A DNA stretch of 64,000 nucleotides from an uncultured Christensenellaceae bacterium (GCA_944381315.1 CALWKR010000027.1:16353-80352), one strand, 5' to 3'. Shown: positions 34,682-46,105, numbered from the stretch's first letter. A program made the numbers and translations. Notes: generated by a model not told the origin, from the letters alone.

Positions 34682-35544
34682 GGACGAAGAACATCATCTT
34701 TTCTTTGGCATTTTTGGGCGGAGCGGCGTTCGTGTTCTTTGCGATCGGCTCGTTGACCGACGACAAGTTTGCCGCCGAGTTCTACATCGGCGCCAACGCG
34801 TTCGGCGATATGTACGAGGCGATAGGCAAGATGCCTGCGTTCGTATTGCTGTCCGTCGCCTGCGGACTCTGCGCCCAATATTTTTTGCGCGTTTGGCGCA
34901 ACAGGATCTTCGCGGCGCTGTTCTATGTCGCGATGTTCGCCGCCGCGGCGATCAATTTCAAGGACTTGACGGACCTGCTCACGGACAGCGCGCTGTTTTC
35001 GCTCGCAGGCTGCGCCGTGCTCGGCGCCATGCTCGCGACCGTCATCGGCTTCGCGACGGCGAGGACGGACGCGTCGAGGCTCCCGGCGTACTTCAAGTGG
35101 TCTGTCGCAGTCGCGGTCGCGGTGGTCGTCATCGCGGTCGCGGTCTTTGCGGCCAAAGAGATATTTTCACGCGCGCGCTATATCGACGTTCTCAACGGCA
35201 GCGCCCAATATGCGCCGTGGTATGACTTCGTGCGCGTGGACGGCGGCGATTCGATGCCGTCGGGGCATACGGCGTTTACGGCGACATTGCTGATGCTGCT
35301 GCCTCTGTGCGCATTTCATCCGCGCTTTGTCGGCAAGGAGAAGGCCGTGGCGGTGCTCGCGGCGGCGGCGATGGCGCTCACGGCGCTGGCCCGCATCAGC
35401 GACGGACATCACTATCTTTCGGACGTATCGGCGGCGGCGTTCATAGCTGTCGCGGTGCAGACGGCAGTCATCTTCATAATGTACGGCAAGCACACCGACA
35501 AGCCCACGTTTGCGAAGTTCTTTGTGCCGAGGAGCGAGAGATGA
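34678..35544 (+). CDS. PAP2 superfamily membrane phosphatase (copy 2, paralog)
   Basis: ATG 34678 overlaps the previous stop (ATGA). KEIFSRARY, PSGHTA, ARISDGHHYLSD. Confidence 0.8.
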   Translation: MRTKNIIFSLAFLGGAAFVFFAIGSLTDDKFAAEFYIGANAFGDMYEAIGKMPAFVLLSVACGLCAQYFLRVWRNRIFAALFYVAMFAAAAINFKDLTDLLTDSALFSLAGCAVLGAMLATVIGFATARTDASRLPAYFKWSVAVAVAVVVIAVAVFAAKEIFSRARYIDVLNGSAQYAPWYDFVRVDGGDSMPSGHTAFTATLLMLLPLCAFHPRFVGKEKAVAVLAAAAMALTALARISDGHHYLSDVSAAAFIAVAVQTAVIFIMYGKHTDKPTFAKFFVPRSER

Positions 35545-37151
35545 CGATCGACACTTCTATGTATCAATACTTCTGCGACGGGACGGCGCATCTGCCGCGC
35601 ACCAACAAGACGATCTCGTTTTTCGGGCGCAATCTCACGCTCGGCGAGGTGCTCGCGCAGATAGACGGCTTTGCCGGCAGGCTCGTCCAAGAGGGCGTGG
35701 GCAAAGGCGACAACGTGATAGTCTGTCTCGGCAACATTCCCGACGCGGTGATAGCCTTTTATGCGATCAACAAGACGGGCGCCGTCGCCAATCTCGTGCA
35801 TCCGCTCGTCACCGCGGACAGGCTCGTCGCGATAGCGAAGAATATGCACAGCAAGGCGGCAGTGCTGTTCGACGAATTTTACGGCGGTTACGACGGCTGG
35901 AAGCAGCTGGGGATCAAGACGTTCATCGCGTCCGCGGCGGACTATCTGCCGCGCAAACTCGCGCCGTTCTATCGCATTGCTAAGCTGCGCGCGGCTGTCG
36001 CTTGCAGAGGCGAAGAGAAGTTCAAAGACGCGGTGGCGCGAGGCTCCGAAGTCGGCTTCGCTCCCGTCGAGATCGGCGGCGAAGACATCGCGCTGTATAT
36101 GCACAGCGGAGGGACGACGGGCACGCCCAAGAGCGTGGAATTGTCCAACCGCGCCTTCAATGCGCTCGCGCACAACCTGCTCGCGCTGATCGGCGGCAAG
36201 CCCGTCGACGACCGCGACTCCATGCTCATGGTGCTGCCGCTGTTCCACAACTTCGGACTCGGAGTCTGCATGCATACGAGTTTGAGCGCAGGGGGCAGGA
36301 TCGTGCTGATGCCGCGATTCAACGCCAAGGGCGCATGCAAGCTGTGCCGCGACAACGGGATCACCTTCATCTGCGGAGTGCCCAATATGTACGGCAAGAT
36401 GCTCGATTCGGGAGCTTTCGGCGAAGACATAATGCGCAAGCTCAAATATTGCTATTGCGGCGGCGACAGATTGTCGGACAGCATTCGTCGCAAGTTCGAG
36501 CAGCTCGGCGAGCGCGCCGGCAACCCGATCAAGCTATATGAGGGTTACGGACTCACCGAGGCGGGGATATGCTGCGTAAACATGAAGGGCCGAGAGCGTG
36601 AAGGCTCGATCGGCAAGCCCGTTGCCAACACTTGGTTCGAGGCTTTCGGCGAGGACGGGCAGCCCGTTCCGCGCGGCACGGACGGCGAGCTGTGCGTCAG
36701 CACCGATATGGCGATGACGCGCTATTACGGCGATCCCCAAGCCACGGCGGCGGTGTTTTTCGATCACGGCGGCAAGCGCTGGATCAAGACGGGCGACATA
36801 GGCAGGCTCGACGAGGATGGTTTTGTCTATTTCGTCGATCGCAAAAAGAGGATGATCAAGATCTCGGGACACAACGTGTTCCCTCAAGAAATAGAGAACG
36901 TAGTCAACAAAGTCGCAGGAGTCAAGCGTTGCTGCGTAGTCGCAGCGGAGGACGACGGCAAGCCTGCGGTCAAGCTGTTCATTCAGAAGGACGACGACGC
37001 GGACGAAGAGCAAGTCCGCAATGCCGCGCGCGACGCCATCGCCGCGAAATTGATGAAGTACAGCATGCCTCGCTATATCGTTTTTGTTGACAAGTTGCCG
37101 CTGACACAGATAGGCAAGGTGGATTACAGAAAGCTGGAGGAAGACAGATGA
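35541..37151 (+). CDS. AMP-binding enzyme (acyl-CoA synthetase / fatty-acid--CoA ligase family)
   Basis: ATG 35541 overlaps the previous stop (ATGA). YMHSGGTTGTPKSV (AMP-binding P-loop), YGLTEAG, GDIGRLDEDGFVYFVDRKKRMIKISG. Confidence 0.88.
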   Translation: MTIDTSMYQYFCDGTAHLPRTNKTISFFGRNLTLGEVLAQIDGFAGRLVQEGVGKGDNVIVCLGNIPDAVIAFYAINKTGAVANLVHPLVTADRLVAIAKNMHSKAAVLFDEFYGGYDGWKQLGIKTFIASAADYLPRKLAPFYRIAKLRAAVACRGEEKFKDAVARGSEVGFAPVEIGGEDIALYMHSGGTTGTPKSVELSNRAFNALAHNLLALIGGKPVDDRDSMLMVLPLFHNFGLGVCMHTSLSAGGRIVLMPRFNAKGACKLCRDNGITFICGVPNMYGKMLDSGAFGEDIMRKLKYCYCGGDRLSDSIRRKFEQLGERAGNPIKLYEGYGLTEAGICCVNMKGREREGSIGKPVANTWFEAFGEDGQPVPRGTDGELCVSTDMAMTRYYGDPQATAAVFFDHGGKRWIKTGDIGRLDEDGFVYFVDRKKRMIKISGHNVFPQEIENVVNKVAGVKRCCVVAAEDDGKPAVKLFIQKDDDADEEQVRNAARDAIAAKLMKYSMPRYIVFVDKLPLTQIGKVDYRKLEEDR

Positions 37152-38704
37152 AAGACAACAAGCTCGTATTGGTCTTCGACGTAGGCACGCAGAGCACTCG
37201 CGCGCTTGCCTTCGACTGCAGCGGCGAGCTCGTGGAAAAGACGAAAAGGGCGGAGCCTCCTTACATTTCCAAAAACGATAACAGGGCGGAAAAAGACATC
37301 AACGAACTTTGGCACGGCATCTGCGCCGTCTCGCAAGAGCTCAAAGCCAAGATGGGAGACAGATGGGACGACATCGTCGCCGTAACGGTGACGAGCATCC
37401 GCAACTCGCTGTTCTTCCTGGATCGCGACGGCAATCCCACGCGCGACGCCATCCTGTGGATGGACAAGCGCGAAGTCGAATGTCCCGATCCTCTGCCGCT
37501 GTGGAAGAGATTTATCTATTCGGCAGTCGGCATGGGCGAGGCGGTACGCGTCCAGCGCCGCACGAGCTACACCAATTGGGTCAGAGTCAATCAGCCCGAG
37601 ATATGGCAGCGCACCGCCAAGGTCGTCATGCCGACCGCATGGTACAACTTCAAGCTGACGGGCAGACTCGCCGATTCGACGGCGGGACAGGCGGCAAAGT
37701 TCCCCTATGACTACAAAAATCGCAAGTGGATGACCAAGCGCTCGCTCAACTATTGCATCTTCGGCTGTCCGATCGACAAGATGTGCGAGCTCGTCCATCC
37801 GGGCGACGTGATAGGCAAGATCACAGCCGAGGCGAGCGCAGAGACGGGGATAAAGCAGGGCTTGCCGCTGATCGCGACGGGCGCGGACAAAGTCTGCGAG
37901 ACGGTCGGCAACGGCGCCGCGGCGTCCGACATCGCGAGCATATCTTTGGGTACGGCGGCTTCTGTCGAAGTCACGACGTCGCGCTATGTCGAGCCCGAGA
38001 CGTTCATGCCCGCCTACACCGCGGTCGTCAAAGGCAAATACAATCCCGAGATCCAGATCTTCCGCGGATTTTGGATGGTCTCGTGGTTCAAAGAGCAGTT
38101 TGCGTTTTTTGAGCAATACGAAGCGGAGCGCACCGGCGTCCCTGCCGAGAAACTGCTCGACGATCTTCTGAACACGGTACCCGTATGCAGCAACGGTCTT
38201 CTCGTCCAGCCCTATTGGGGCCCCGGGCTCAAAACGCCGCAGGCAAAGGGCGTGATGATAGGATTCAACGACGTGCACACGCGCGCGCATATCTACCGCG
38301 CGATAATCGAAGGCTTGGGCTATGCGCTGTTCGACGGATTGGAGAACTTGATCCGCCGCACAGGCAACCGCATCTCCAAGGTCGCCGTGTCGGGCGGAGG
38401 CTCGCAGAGCGAGATCGTCTGCAAGATCATGGCCGACATCATCGGCTTGCCCGTCTACAAGGTGCAGACTTATGAAACGAGCGGTTTGGGATGCGCGGTC
38501 GTGGCGTTTACTTCGCTCGGCGTGTACGGCAGCGTGGACGAGGCGACGGCGGCTATGGTGCGCGTCGCGAAAGAATACAAGCCCGATGCCGCCAATCATG
38601 ACAGGTATATGCAGTTCTACAGCCGCGTATATAAGAAGATATATCGCTGCAATTTGCCTATCTACAATGAGCTGTATTCGCTGCTTGCGGCGGACAGATA
38701 CTAA
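37148..38704 (+). CDS. FGGY family carbohydrate kinase (substrate unknown)
   Basis: ATG 37148 overlaps the previous stop (ATGA). LVFDVGTQSTRALAFD...ILWMDKR...GADKVCETVG...VSGGGSQSEI... are FGGY N- and C-domain signatures. Confidence 0.85.
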   Translation: MKDNKLVLVFDVGTQSTRALAFDCSGELVEKTKRAEPPYISKNDNRAEKDINELWHGICAVSQELKAKMGDRWDDIVAVTVTSIRNSLFFLDRDGNPTRDAILWMDKREVECPDPLPLWKRFIYSAVGMGEAVRVQRRTSYTNWVRVNQPEIWQRTAKVVMPTAWYNFKLTGRLADSTAGQAAKFPYDYKNRKWMTKRSLNYCIFGCPIDKMCELVHPGDVIGKITAEASAETGIKQGLPLIATGADKVCETVGNGAAASDIASISLGTAASVEVTTSRYVEPETFMPAYTAVVKGKYNPEIQIFRGFWMVSWFKEQFAFFEQYEAERTGVPAEKLLDDLLNTVPVCSNGLLVQPYWGPGLKTPQAKGVMIGFNDVHTRAHIYRAIIEGLGYALFDGLENLIRRTGNRISKVAVSGGGSQSEIVCKIMADIIGLPVYKVQTYETSGLGCAVVAFTSLGVYGSVDEATAAMVRVAKEYKPDAANHDRYMQFYSRVYKKIYRCNLPIYNELYSLLAADRY

Positions 38705-38734
38705 ATTATCGGCAAAAGCCGAGAGGAGAGGAAA

Positions 38735-41356
38735 ATGGAGAACCACAGCAGGGACAGACAAGAATTAATGTTTGAGCTGCGCACCGATCCCAAGGTCGGA
38801 TTGTCTTCTTTGGAGGCGAAAAAGCGCCTCGAAGAAGTGGGGGAAAACAAACTTGCCGAAAAGAAGAAAAAGAGCCTTTTCGTGCGTTTTCTCGAGCAGT
38901 TCAAGGATGTGATGATCATCATCCTCATCATCGCCGCGATAATCTCGCTGGTCGTCGCTTGTTTCGGCGACGATCCGATGGAATTTATCGAGCCGGCGTT
39001 GATCTTCTTGATCGTGATCCTCAATGCGATCATGGGACTCGTGCAGGAGAACAAGGCGGAAAAAGCGCTCGACGCGCTCAAAAACATGTCCGCTCCGCAC
39101 GCCAAAGTCATACGCGACGGCAAGGAGGCGATCATCTCGTCCACAGAGGTCGTTCCCGGCGACATCATCAAGCTCGAAGCGGGCGACTTTGTGCCTGCCG
39201 ACGCAAGGCTCGTGGAGAGCGCCAATCTCAAATCCGAAGAATCTGCGCTGACAGGCGAATCCGTGCCGTCCGAGAAGGACGCCGAGGCGGTCGTCGAGGA
39301 CAAGGCTCCGATCGGCGACAGGCGCAATATGGTGTTCTCGGGCTGTTCGGTGACATACGGCAGGGCGCTCGCCGTCGTGACCGGCACGGGCATGAATACC
39401 GAGATGGGCAAGATCGCCAATCTGCTCGCAGGGGAGAAAGAAGAGCGCACGCCTTTGCAAGAAAAGCTCGCCAAGCTGGGCAAGTGGCTGGGACTGATCG
39501 CGCTTGCCGCTTGCGTCGTGGTGTTCATCGTCGGACTGATCGACAAGATCCCCGTGCTGGAGATCTTTATGATCGCGGTTTCGCTCGCCGTATCCGCGAT
39601 CCCCGAGGGACTGCCTGCGATCATCACGATCGTGCTTTCGATCGGCGTGACGCGAATGGTCAAGAAGAACGCGATCATCAAGCGTCTTCCTGCCGTCGAG
39701 ACGCTGGGCAGCGCGTCGGTCATATGTTCGGACAAGACGGGCACTGTGACCCAAAACAGAATGACGCTCGTCGAGACATACGTCGACGGCGGCGAGGTCA
39801 AAGATCTCGACGCAAGCGCAGTCGGCGACGACGTGCGCAAGTTGCTCGATATGGGCGCGCTGTGCTGTGACGGTTCCGTCACTGTCGAAAACGGCAAAGA
39901 AGTGCACATCGGCGATCCCACCGAGACGGCGATAGTGCTTGCGGCGACCAAGGCGGGCGACGACAAGCAAAAACTCAATGCCAAGTATCCGCGCGTCGCG
40001 GAAGTGCCTTTCGACTCCGACCGCAAACTTATGACGACAGTCCACGACATGGACGGCAAACTCGTCGCGATCGTCAAGGGCGCGTTCGACGTCATGGCGT
40101 CGCGCTGCATAGCGGGCGATCTGGACAAGGCGCGCGCAGCCAACGAGGAGATGAGCCGCGACGCGTTGCGCGTGCTCGCCGTCGGATATCGCGTGCTCGA
40201 CAAGCTCCCCGAGGAGATCTCGCCCGACACGCTCGAAAAAGACTTGACTTTCATAGGACTTGTGGGCATGATAGATCCTCCGCGCCCCGAGGCCGCCGAG
40301 GCGGTCAAGGTGTGCCGCGAGGCAGGCATCAAGCCCGTGATGATCACAGGCGATCACGTCACCACCGCACAGGCGATCGCGCGTCAGCTCGACATCTTCC
40401 GCGACGGTGACATGGCGCTTACGGGACCTCAGCTCGACGAGATGAGCGATGAGGAATTGGACGCCAATGTCGAACATATCTCCGTCTATGCCCGAGTTTC
40501 GCCCGAGAACAAGATCCGCATCGTCAAGGCGTGGCAGAAGAAGGGCAAGGTCGTGTCGATGACAGGCGACGGAGTCAACGACGCTCCCGCGCTCAAAGCC
40601 GCGGACATCGGCTGCGCTATGGGCATCACCGGCCCCGACGTCGCCAAGGGCGCCGCGGACATCACTCTGACGGACGACAACTTTGCGACGATCGTGGACG
40701 CCGTCCGCGAGGGCAGAGGCATCTTTGCCAACATCAAGAAAGTCGTCGGATTTTTGCTCAGCACCAACATCAGCGAGATATTGTCCGTCTTCTTCGCGAT
40801 CTTGATCTGGCGCGAGTCGCCGTTCATCTCGATCCAGCTGCTGTGGATCAACCTCGTGACCGACTCTCTGCCGGCGATCGCTCTCGGCATGGAAGCGGTC
40901 GAGACCGACGTCATGAAGCATCCGCCGCGTCCCAAGAACGAGGGGCTCTTCGCGCACAAGTTCGGCCTCTTGATAGGCTTGCAGGGCGCAATGTTCTCGG
41001 TGCTCGTGCTGTGCTCGTACATCATCGGCACTACGATCACCGGAGGCAACCACGCAGGAGGCAGCACGCTCGCGTTCTTGACGCTGTCGCTGTCGCAGAT
41101 CGTTCACGCCTACAATATGCGCTCCGACAGATCGCTGTTCAAGATCGGTCCGTTCAGCAACAGACGCATGAATCTCGTCGCGCTGATCTCCGTCGCACTG
41201 ATCGCCTTCGTGCTGTTCGTGCCCGGCGTCGTCACCGCTTTCGGCATGATGTATGTGCCGTGGTACGGCTATCTGATCGCAGTCGCGTTCTCGTTCGTCT
41301 CCGTCGTCGTCATGGAGATCGTCAAGGCGACCGGCAAAGTCAAGTACGGCAACTGA
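38735..41356 (+). CDS. P-type ATPase, Ca2+-transporting (type IIA/IIB-like)
   Basis: 873 aa. GLSSLEAKKRLEEVGENKL, TGES, ICSDKTGTVTQN, MITGD, TGDGVNDAPALK. It lies only 30 nt after the FGGY gene. Confidence 0.92.
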   Translation: MENHSRDRQELMFELRTDPKVGLSSLEAKKRLEEVGENKLAEKKKKSLFVRFLEQFKDVMIIILIIAAIISLVVACFGDDPMEFIEPALIFLIVILNAIMGLVQENKAEKALDALKNMSAPHAKVIRDGKEAIISSTEVVPGDIIKLEAGDFVPADARLVESANLKSEESALTGESVPSEKDAEAVVEDKAPIGDRRNMVFSGCSVTYGRALAVVTGTGMNTEMGKIANLLAGEKEERTPLQEKLAKLGKWLGLIALAACVVVFIVGLIDKIPVLEIFMIAVSLAVSAIPEGLPAIITIVLSIGVTRMVKKNAIIKRLPAVETLGSASVICSDKTGTVTQNRMTLVETYVDGGEVKDLDASAVGDDVRKLLDMGALCCDGSVTVENGKEVHIGDPTETAIVLAATKAGDDKQKLNAKYPRVAEVPFDSDRKLMTTVHDMDGKLVAIVKGAFDVMASRCIAGDLDKARAANEEMSRDALRVLAVGYRVLDKLPEEISPDTLEKDLTFIGLVGMIDPPRPEAAEAVKVCREAGIKPVMITGDHVTTAQAIARQLDIFRDGDMALTGPQLDEMSDEELDANVEHISVYARVSPENKIRIVKAWQKKGKVVSMTGDGVNDAPALKAADIGCAMGITGPDVAKGAADITLTDDNFATIVDAVREGRGIFANIKKVVGFLLSTNISEILSVFFAILIWRESPFISIQLLWINLVTDSLPAIALGMEAVETDVMKHPPRPKNEGLFAHKFGLLIGLQGAMFSVLVLCSYIIGTTITGGNHAGGSTLAFLTLSLSQIVHAYNMRSDRSLFKIGPFSNRRMNLVALISVALIAFVLFVPGVVTAFGMMYVPWYGYLIAVAFSFVSVVVMEIVKATGKVKYGN

Positions 41357-41378
41357 AACGCGCGATATGCGCAGACAG

Positions 41379-41402
41379 AGGAGGGCGCGAGCCCTCCTTT
41401 TT
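41379..41402 (+). terminator. Rho-independent terminator
   Basis: AGGAGGG (41379-41385) / CCCTCCT (41392-41398) followed by T-run. Confidence 0.8.
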
Positions 41403-41404
41403 GC

Positions 41405-41434
41405 AACAAAAAAGCGGGCGCGTCTGCGTCCGCT
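41405..41434 (-). terminator. Rho-independent terminator of spoVG
   Basis: Hairpin AGCGGGCGC...GCGTCCGCT (41413-41434). The plus-strand A-run at 41406-41413 becomes the T-run on the minus strand. Confidence 0.65.
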
Positions 41435-41455
41435 CGTTTGTCGCCCATGGCGAGG

Positions 41456-41725
41456 TCATTGCGCGTTCTTCAATTCGTTCTCATATTCTTTGAGGATCGT
41501 ATCGGAGAAGAGCTCGCGTGTCTCCGTGTCGAGGGGATGCGCGATGTCGCGATAGTGTCCCTCCGGAGTTTTGCGGCTGGGCATCGAGATGAAGAGCCCT
41601 GCCTTTCCTTGGATGATCTTGATGTCATGAAGGACAAAGCATCCGTCGATCACGACCGAAGCGACCGCTTTGAGCAGTTCGTTGTCCTTTGTCACCAACC
41701 TTATCTTTACGTCACTGAGTTGCAT
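41456..41725 (-). CDS. spoVG: Septation/sporulation regulator SpoVG
   Basis: MQLSDVKIRLVTKDNELLKAVASVVIDGCFVLHDIKIIQGKAGLFISMPSRKTPEGHYRDIAHPL. The start is placed at ATG 41725, after GGGAG. Confidence 0.93.
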   Translation of the reverse strand: MQLSDVKIRLVTKDNELLKAVASVVIDGCFVLHDIKIIQGKAGLFISMPSRKTPEGHYRDIAHPLDTETRELFSDTILKEYENELKNAQ

Positions 41726-42027
41726 ATACACACTCCCAAAAATTAATTATCTTAATTATATTATGATGTCATTTTTTTGGCAAGGATTTTGGCGTCAAAA
41801 ATCAAAAATTTCGTAAATTTGCGTGCAAACAACGCATTTGCGACAAAAAAGGTACTTTGTTTGTACCTCACATGGCGACCGTTTTGTGCATAAGTGTTGC
41901 CGAACGTACAAACATTGCCGCCCCGAGCGCGCCCTTTTTGACAAAAGCTTGCGATATCGGCGCTCGGGATCCGAGCAAGCGCGCCGTCCGACGGTACAAC
42001 GCGCGTTCGACGCGCATATAATAGAGT

Positions 42028-43380
42028 ATGTTGCATGACTATCCCGACGTACATTTCATAGGCATAGGCGGAGTGAGCATGAAGTCGCTCGCCCTCTATT
42101 GCAAGCAAAGAGGTTTGAGCGTCAGCGGTTCGGATATCGCCGACTGCCCCGTCCTGCGTGCGCTCGCGGAGCAGGGGATACGCGCCTATGTCGGACACGA
42201 TCCCGACTTCGCGGCGACGCGTTCGCTCGCCGTCTATACGGCGGCGATCCCGAGCGATGATCCCGAGCTGTCCGCGGCGCGCGCCGCCAAAGTCCTCTGC
42301 ATGGAGCGCAAGGCGTTCCTCGCGCTCGTCGCGTCCGAGTTCGACAAGGTGGCGGCTGTCGCCGGATCGCATGGCAAGACCACGGTGACCGCCATGCTCT
42401 GCGCGATACTGCGCAGTGCCGGGGCAAAGTTCGTCGGGCACATCGGCGGCGACTGCATAGGCGGCGAATGCGACAGCACGGGAGGCACCGAGCTGTTCGT
42501 GACCGAGGCGTGCGAATACAACCGCACTTTTCTCGCGCTGAGACCCGACGTCGCGCTCGTGCTCGACATCGCGTTCGATCATCCCGACTGCTACCGCGAC
42601 GTGGACGAGATGAGGGACGCCTTTCGCGCGTTTTGTTCCAACATCGCGGACGGCGGCGTGCTGATCGTCGACAACGCCGACGCCGACTTGCCGCTGCGCA
42701 GGGGGCGGAGGCGAGTGACGTTCGGCTACACTTCGGGAGACTTCTGTGCCGCCGACGTGGGATACGCCGACGGGACTTACTCGTTCACGGTCGTGAGGGG
42801 GAGGGAGAAGATCGCGCGGTGTCGCCTTGCCGTCAGGGGCAAACACAACATCCTCAACGCTTTGGCGGCTATCGCCGCGGCGGCGGAGCTGGGGATAGAG
42901 CCGAGCGTGTCGGCGCGCGCGATCGAGGGCTTTTGCGGCGTCAAGCGCAGGTTCGAAAAAGTATGCGACCTCGCGTCGGGAGCGCAAGTCTTTTGCGACT
43001 ACGCGCATCACCCCGACGAGATAGCGGCGGCGATAGATACCGCGCGCGTGATGACGCGCGGCAGGATAACGGCAGTGTTCGAGCCGCATACATACAGCCG
43101 CACCAAGTCGCTGATGGACGAGTTTTCGGAGGCGTTTTTTTGGGCGGACGAAGTGCTGATCCTGCCGACTTACGCCGCGCGCGAAAAGCCGTCGGACGGC
43201 GCTAGCGCATACGAGCTTTGGCGCAGACTCAGGCGCCGCCGTTCGGAGTGTCTCTATCTCGAAGGCTATCGGGAGGCGAGAGATTGCATACTCGCCCATG
43301 CGCACGCAGGAGATACGGTGCTGCTGCTGGGGGCCGGGAGCATAGGCACGGAGCTGTCGGAGCTGTTGAAAGGGCAATAA
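42028..43380 (+). CDS. murC: UDP-N-acetylmuramate--L-alanine ligase
   Basis: VHFIGIGGVSMKSLA...VAGSHGKTTVTAM...DYAHHPDEI.... TATAAT at 42017-42022 lies only 5 nt before the ATG, so the mRNA is probably leaderless. Confidence 0.95.
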   Translation: MLHDYPDVHFIGIGGVSMKSLALYCKQRGLSVSGSDIADCPVLRALAEQGIRAYVGHDPDFAATRSLAVYTAAIPSDDPELSAARAAKVLCMERKAFLALVASEFDKVAAVAGSHGKTTVTAMLCAILRSAGAKFVGHIGGDCIGGECDSTGGTELFVTEACEYNRTFLALRPDVALVLDIAFDHPDCYRDVDEMRDAFRAFCSNIADGGVLIVDNADADLPLRRGRRRVTFGYTSGDFCAADVGYADGTYSFTVVRGREKIARCRLAVRGKHNILNALAAIAAAAELGIEPSVSARAIEGFCGVKRRFEKVCDLASGAQVFCDYAHHPDEIAAAIDTARVMTRGRITAVFEPHTYSRTKSLMDEFSEAFFWADEVLILPTYAAREKPSDGASAYELWRRLRRRRSECLYLEGYREARDCILAHAHAGDTVLLLGAGSIGTELSELLKGQ

Positions 43381-43400
43381 AAAAGCCCCCTTTCGGGGGC
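43379..43400 (-). terminator. Terminator hairpin between convergent murC and dehydrogenase genes
   Basis: GCCCCC (43385-43390) / GGGGGC (43395-43400). The A-run at 43379-43384 gives the T-run on the minus strand. Confidence 0.7.
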
Positions 43401-43405
43401 GAATA

Positions 43406-44374
43406 TCAAAAACGTATCAAAGTTTTTTTGCCGGGCGTCGGCGTTTGGGCGAGTTTTTCGAACACTGCGGGGACATCCGAAAATTCTTCGAGAGAGGCGA
43501 CGAGTTTGTCCACCTTGACGATCTCGGTGGCGAGCATGTTGATCGCCGTTTCGAGTTCGCCGTCGCCGCTGTTGACGCCGTAGACTTCGAGCTTGGAGGC
43601 GACGATCTCCGAGATCGGGGCGCTCGCCTTGGTGGGCATGCCGCCCATGCCGCAGATAGCCGCTTTGCCGCCGTGTTTGAGACAGGGGAGCAGCTTGCCG
43701 GCTTCGGGGAAGAAGTCCGCGTCGACCGCCAGGCAGTCGCACATCGCTCCGCAAGTCAGCTCCTTGATCTTTTCGAAGACGTCCTCTTCGTCGGGATTGG
43801 CGGTGAAGTAGACGCCCATGTCCTCGGCGAGTTCGAGCATATCGCGGCGTTTGTCGACGATGATGGGGATGGCTTGATAGTAGATCGCGAGCTGGGCGAT
43901 GATGAAGTTGAGCACCGTGCAGCCGCTGAGCAAAATGTATTGAGTCTTGGAGATGTCGAGCTTTTCGAGCACATTGACGGCGAGAGCGATGTCTTCGACA
44001 AAGACGATCGCCTCGTCGGATATGCCTTCGGGCATGACGTAGATCTCGGACAAGGGGCAGGCGATGAAGTCGGACAGATAGCCGTCGCAGTCCACGCCGC
44101 GGACGAGGACGCCCTTCTCGGTGTGATGATAGGGCGACAGCATGACGCGCTGACCGATCTTGAGAGTGATGTCGTTGCTCTCGCCGACCAATCCCATGGC
44201 TATGCGGCAGGGGACGATCGGAGTTTTGCCCGATTTGCCGCAATAGGCGGCGATGTCGGACGGCGAGACCGCGGCTCTTGCAAGACGTATGCGCGCCTTG
44301 TCGTGCGACAGAGCTTCGTCCTCGGACGGAGTCAGAGTCATCTCGCGGGCTTTGTTGAGTATCCAAGATTTCAT
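43406..44374 (-). CDS. Medium-chain dehydrogenase/reductase (zinc-ADH-like) family protein, atypical
   Basis: Start at ATG 44374, after AAGGAGAG (MKSWILNKAREMTL...). The fold-level pattern is MDR-like, but the usual GxGxxG is degenerate (LLSGCTVLNF). Confidence 0.65.
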   Translation of the reverse strand: MKSWILNKAREMTLTPSEDEALSHDKARIRLARAAVSPSDIAAYCGKSGKTPIVPCRIAMGLVGESNDITLKIGQRVMLSPYHHTEKGVLVRGVDCDGYLSDFIACPLSEIYVMPEGISDEAIVFVEDIALAVNVLEKLDISKTQYILLSGCTVLNFIIAQLAIYYQAIPIIVDKRRDMLELAEDMGVYFTANPDEEDVFEKIKELTCGAMCDCLAVDADFFPEAGKLLPCLKHGGKAAICGMGGMPTKASAPISEIVASKLEVYGVNSGDGELETAINMLATEIVKVDKLVASLEEFSDVPAVFEKLAQTPTPGKKTLIRF

Positions 44375-44596
44375 AAACTCTCCTTGCTTGCTCATACAGT
44401 ATAGCACACGGCGGAGCGAAATGCAACCGCTGTTTTGCTCGATCTCGGTGCGCCGAAAACGCATTCGGGAAGGCGAAAAAAGCAAAAATACGCGCGTTCG
44501 CCGCACAGAAATGCTCCGACAGATCTCGGCGTCAAAATATTTTGCGGCTCTTTGGCGCGGCGAGGAGCGGCGTTTTGCGCAATGCGGCGCTATCGC

Positions 44597-44625
44597 TTGC
44601 GCGCGGCGCGCGTATATGCTATAAT
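44597..44625 (+). promoter_or_regulatory. asnS promoter
   Basis: TTGCGC (44597-44602), 17-nt spacer, TATAAT (44620-44625), preceded by TGC. Confidence 0.6.
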
Positions 44626-44663
44626 TTGCATTATTGAAAATCGTTTGATATCAGAGGCACAAG

Positions 44664-46055
<1,392 letters not shown>

Positions 46056-46059
46056 CGTG

Positions 46060-46087
46060 AACGGCGCCTTATCGGGCGCCGTTTTTT
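46060..46087 (+). terminator. Rho-independent terminator
   Basis: AACGGCGCC / GGCGCCGTT followed by T6 at 46082-46087. Confidence 0.88.
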
Positions 46088-46105
46088 CGCCTTGGGGCGA
46101 AAGAG

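Noticed and set aside
38701-41107. 548-aa and 780-aa minus-strand ORFs opposite the P-type ATPase
   Set aside because: These are antisense shadows of a gene carrying DKTGT and TGDGVNDAPALK. Their translations are Ser/Thr- or Arg/His-rich nonsense.
41732-42027. Small RNA or riboswitch in the 296-bp spoVG-murC divergent region
   Set aside because: The region contains hairpins (GGTAC-TTTGTTT-GTACC near 41850, CTCGG-GAT-CCGAG near 41965), but no motif I can match to a known RNA family. It is adequately explained by two divergent promoters.
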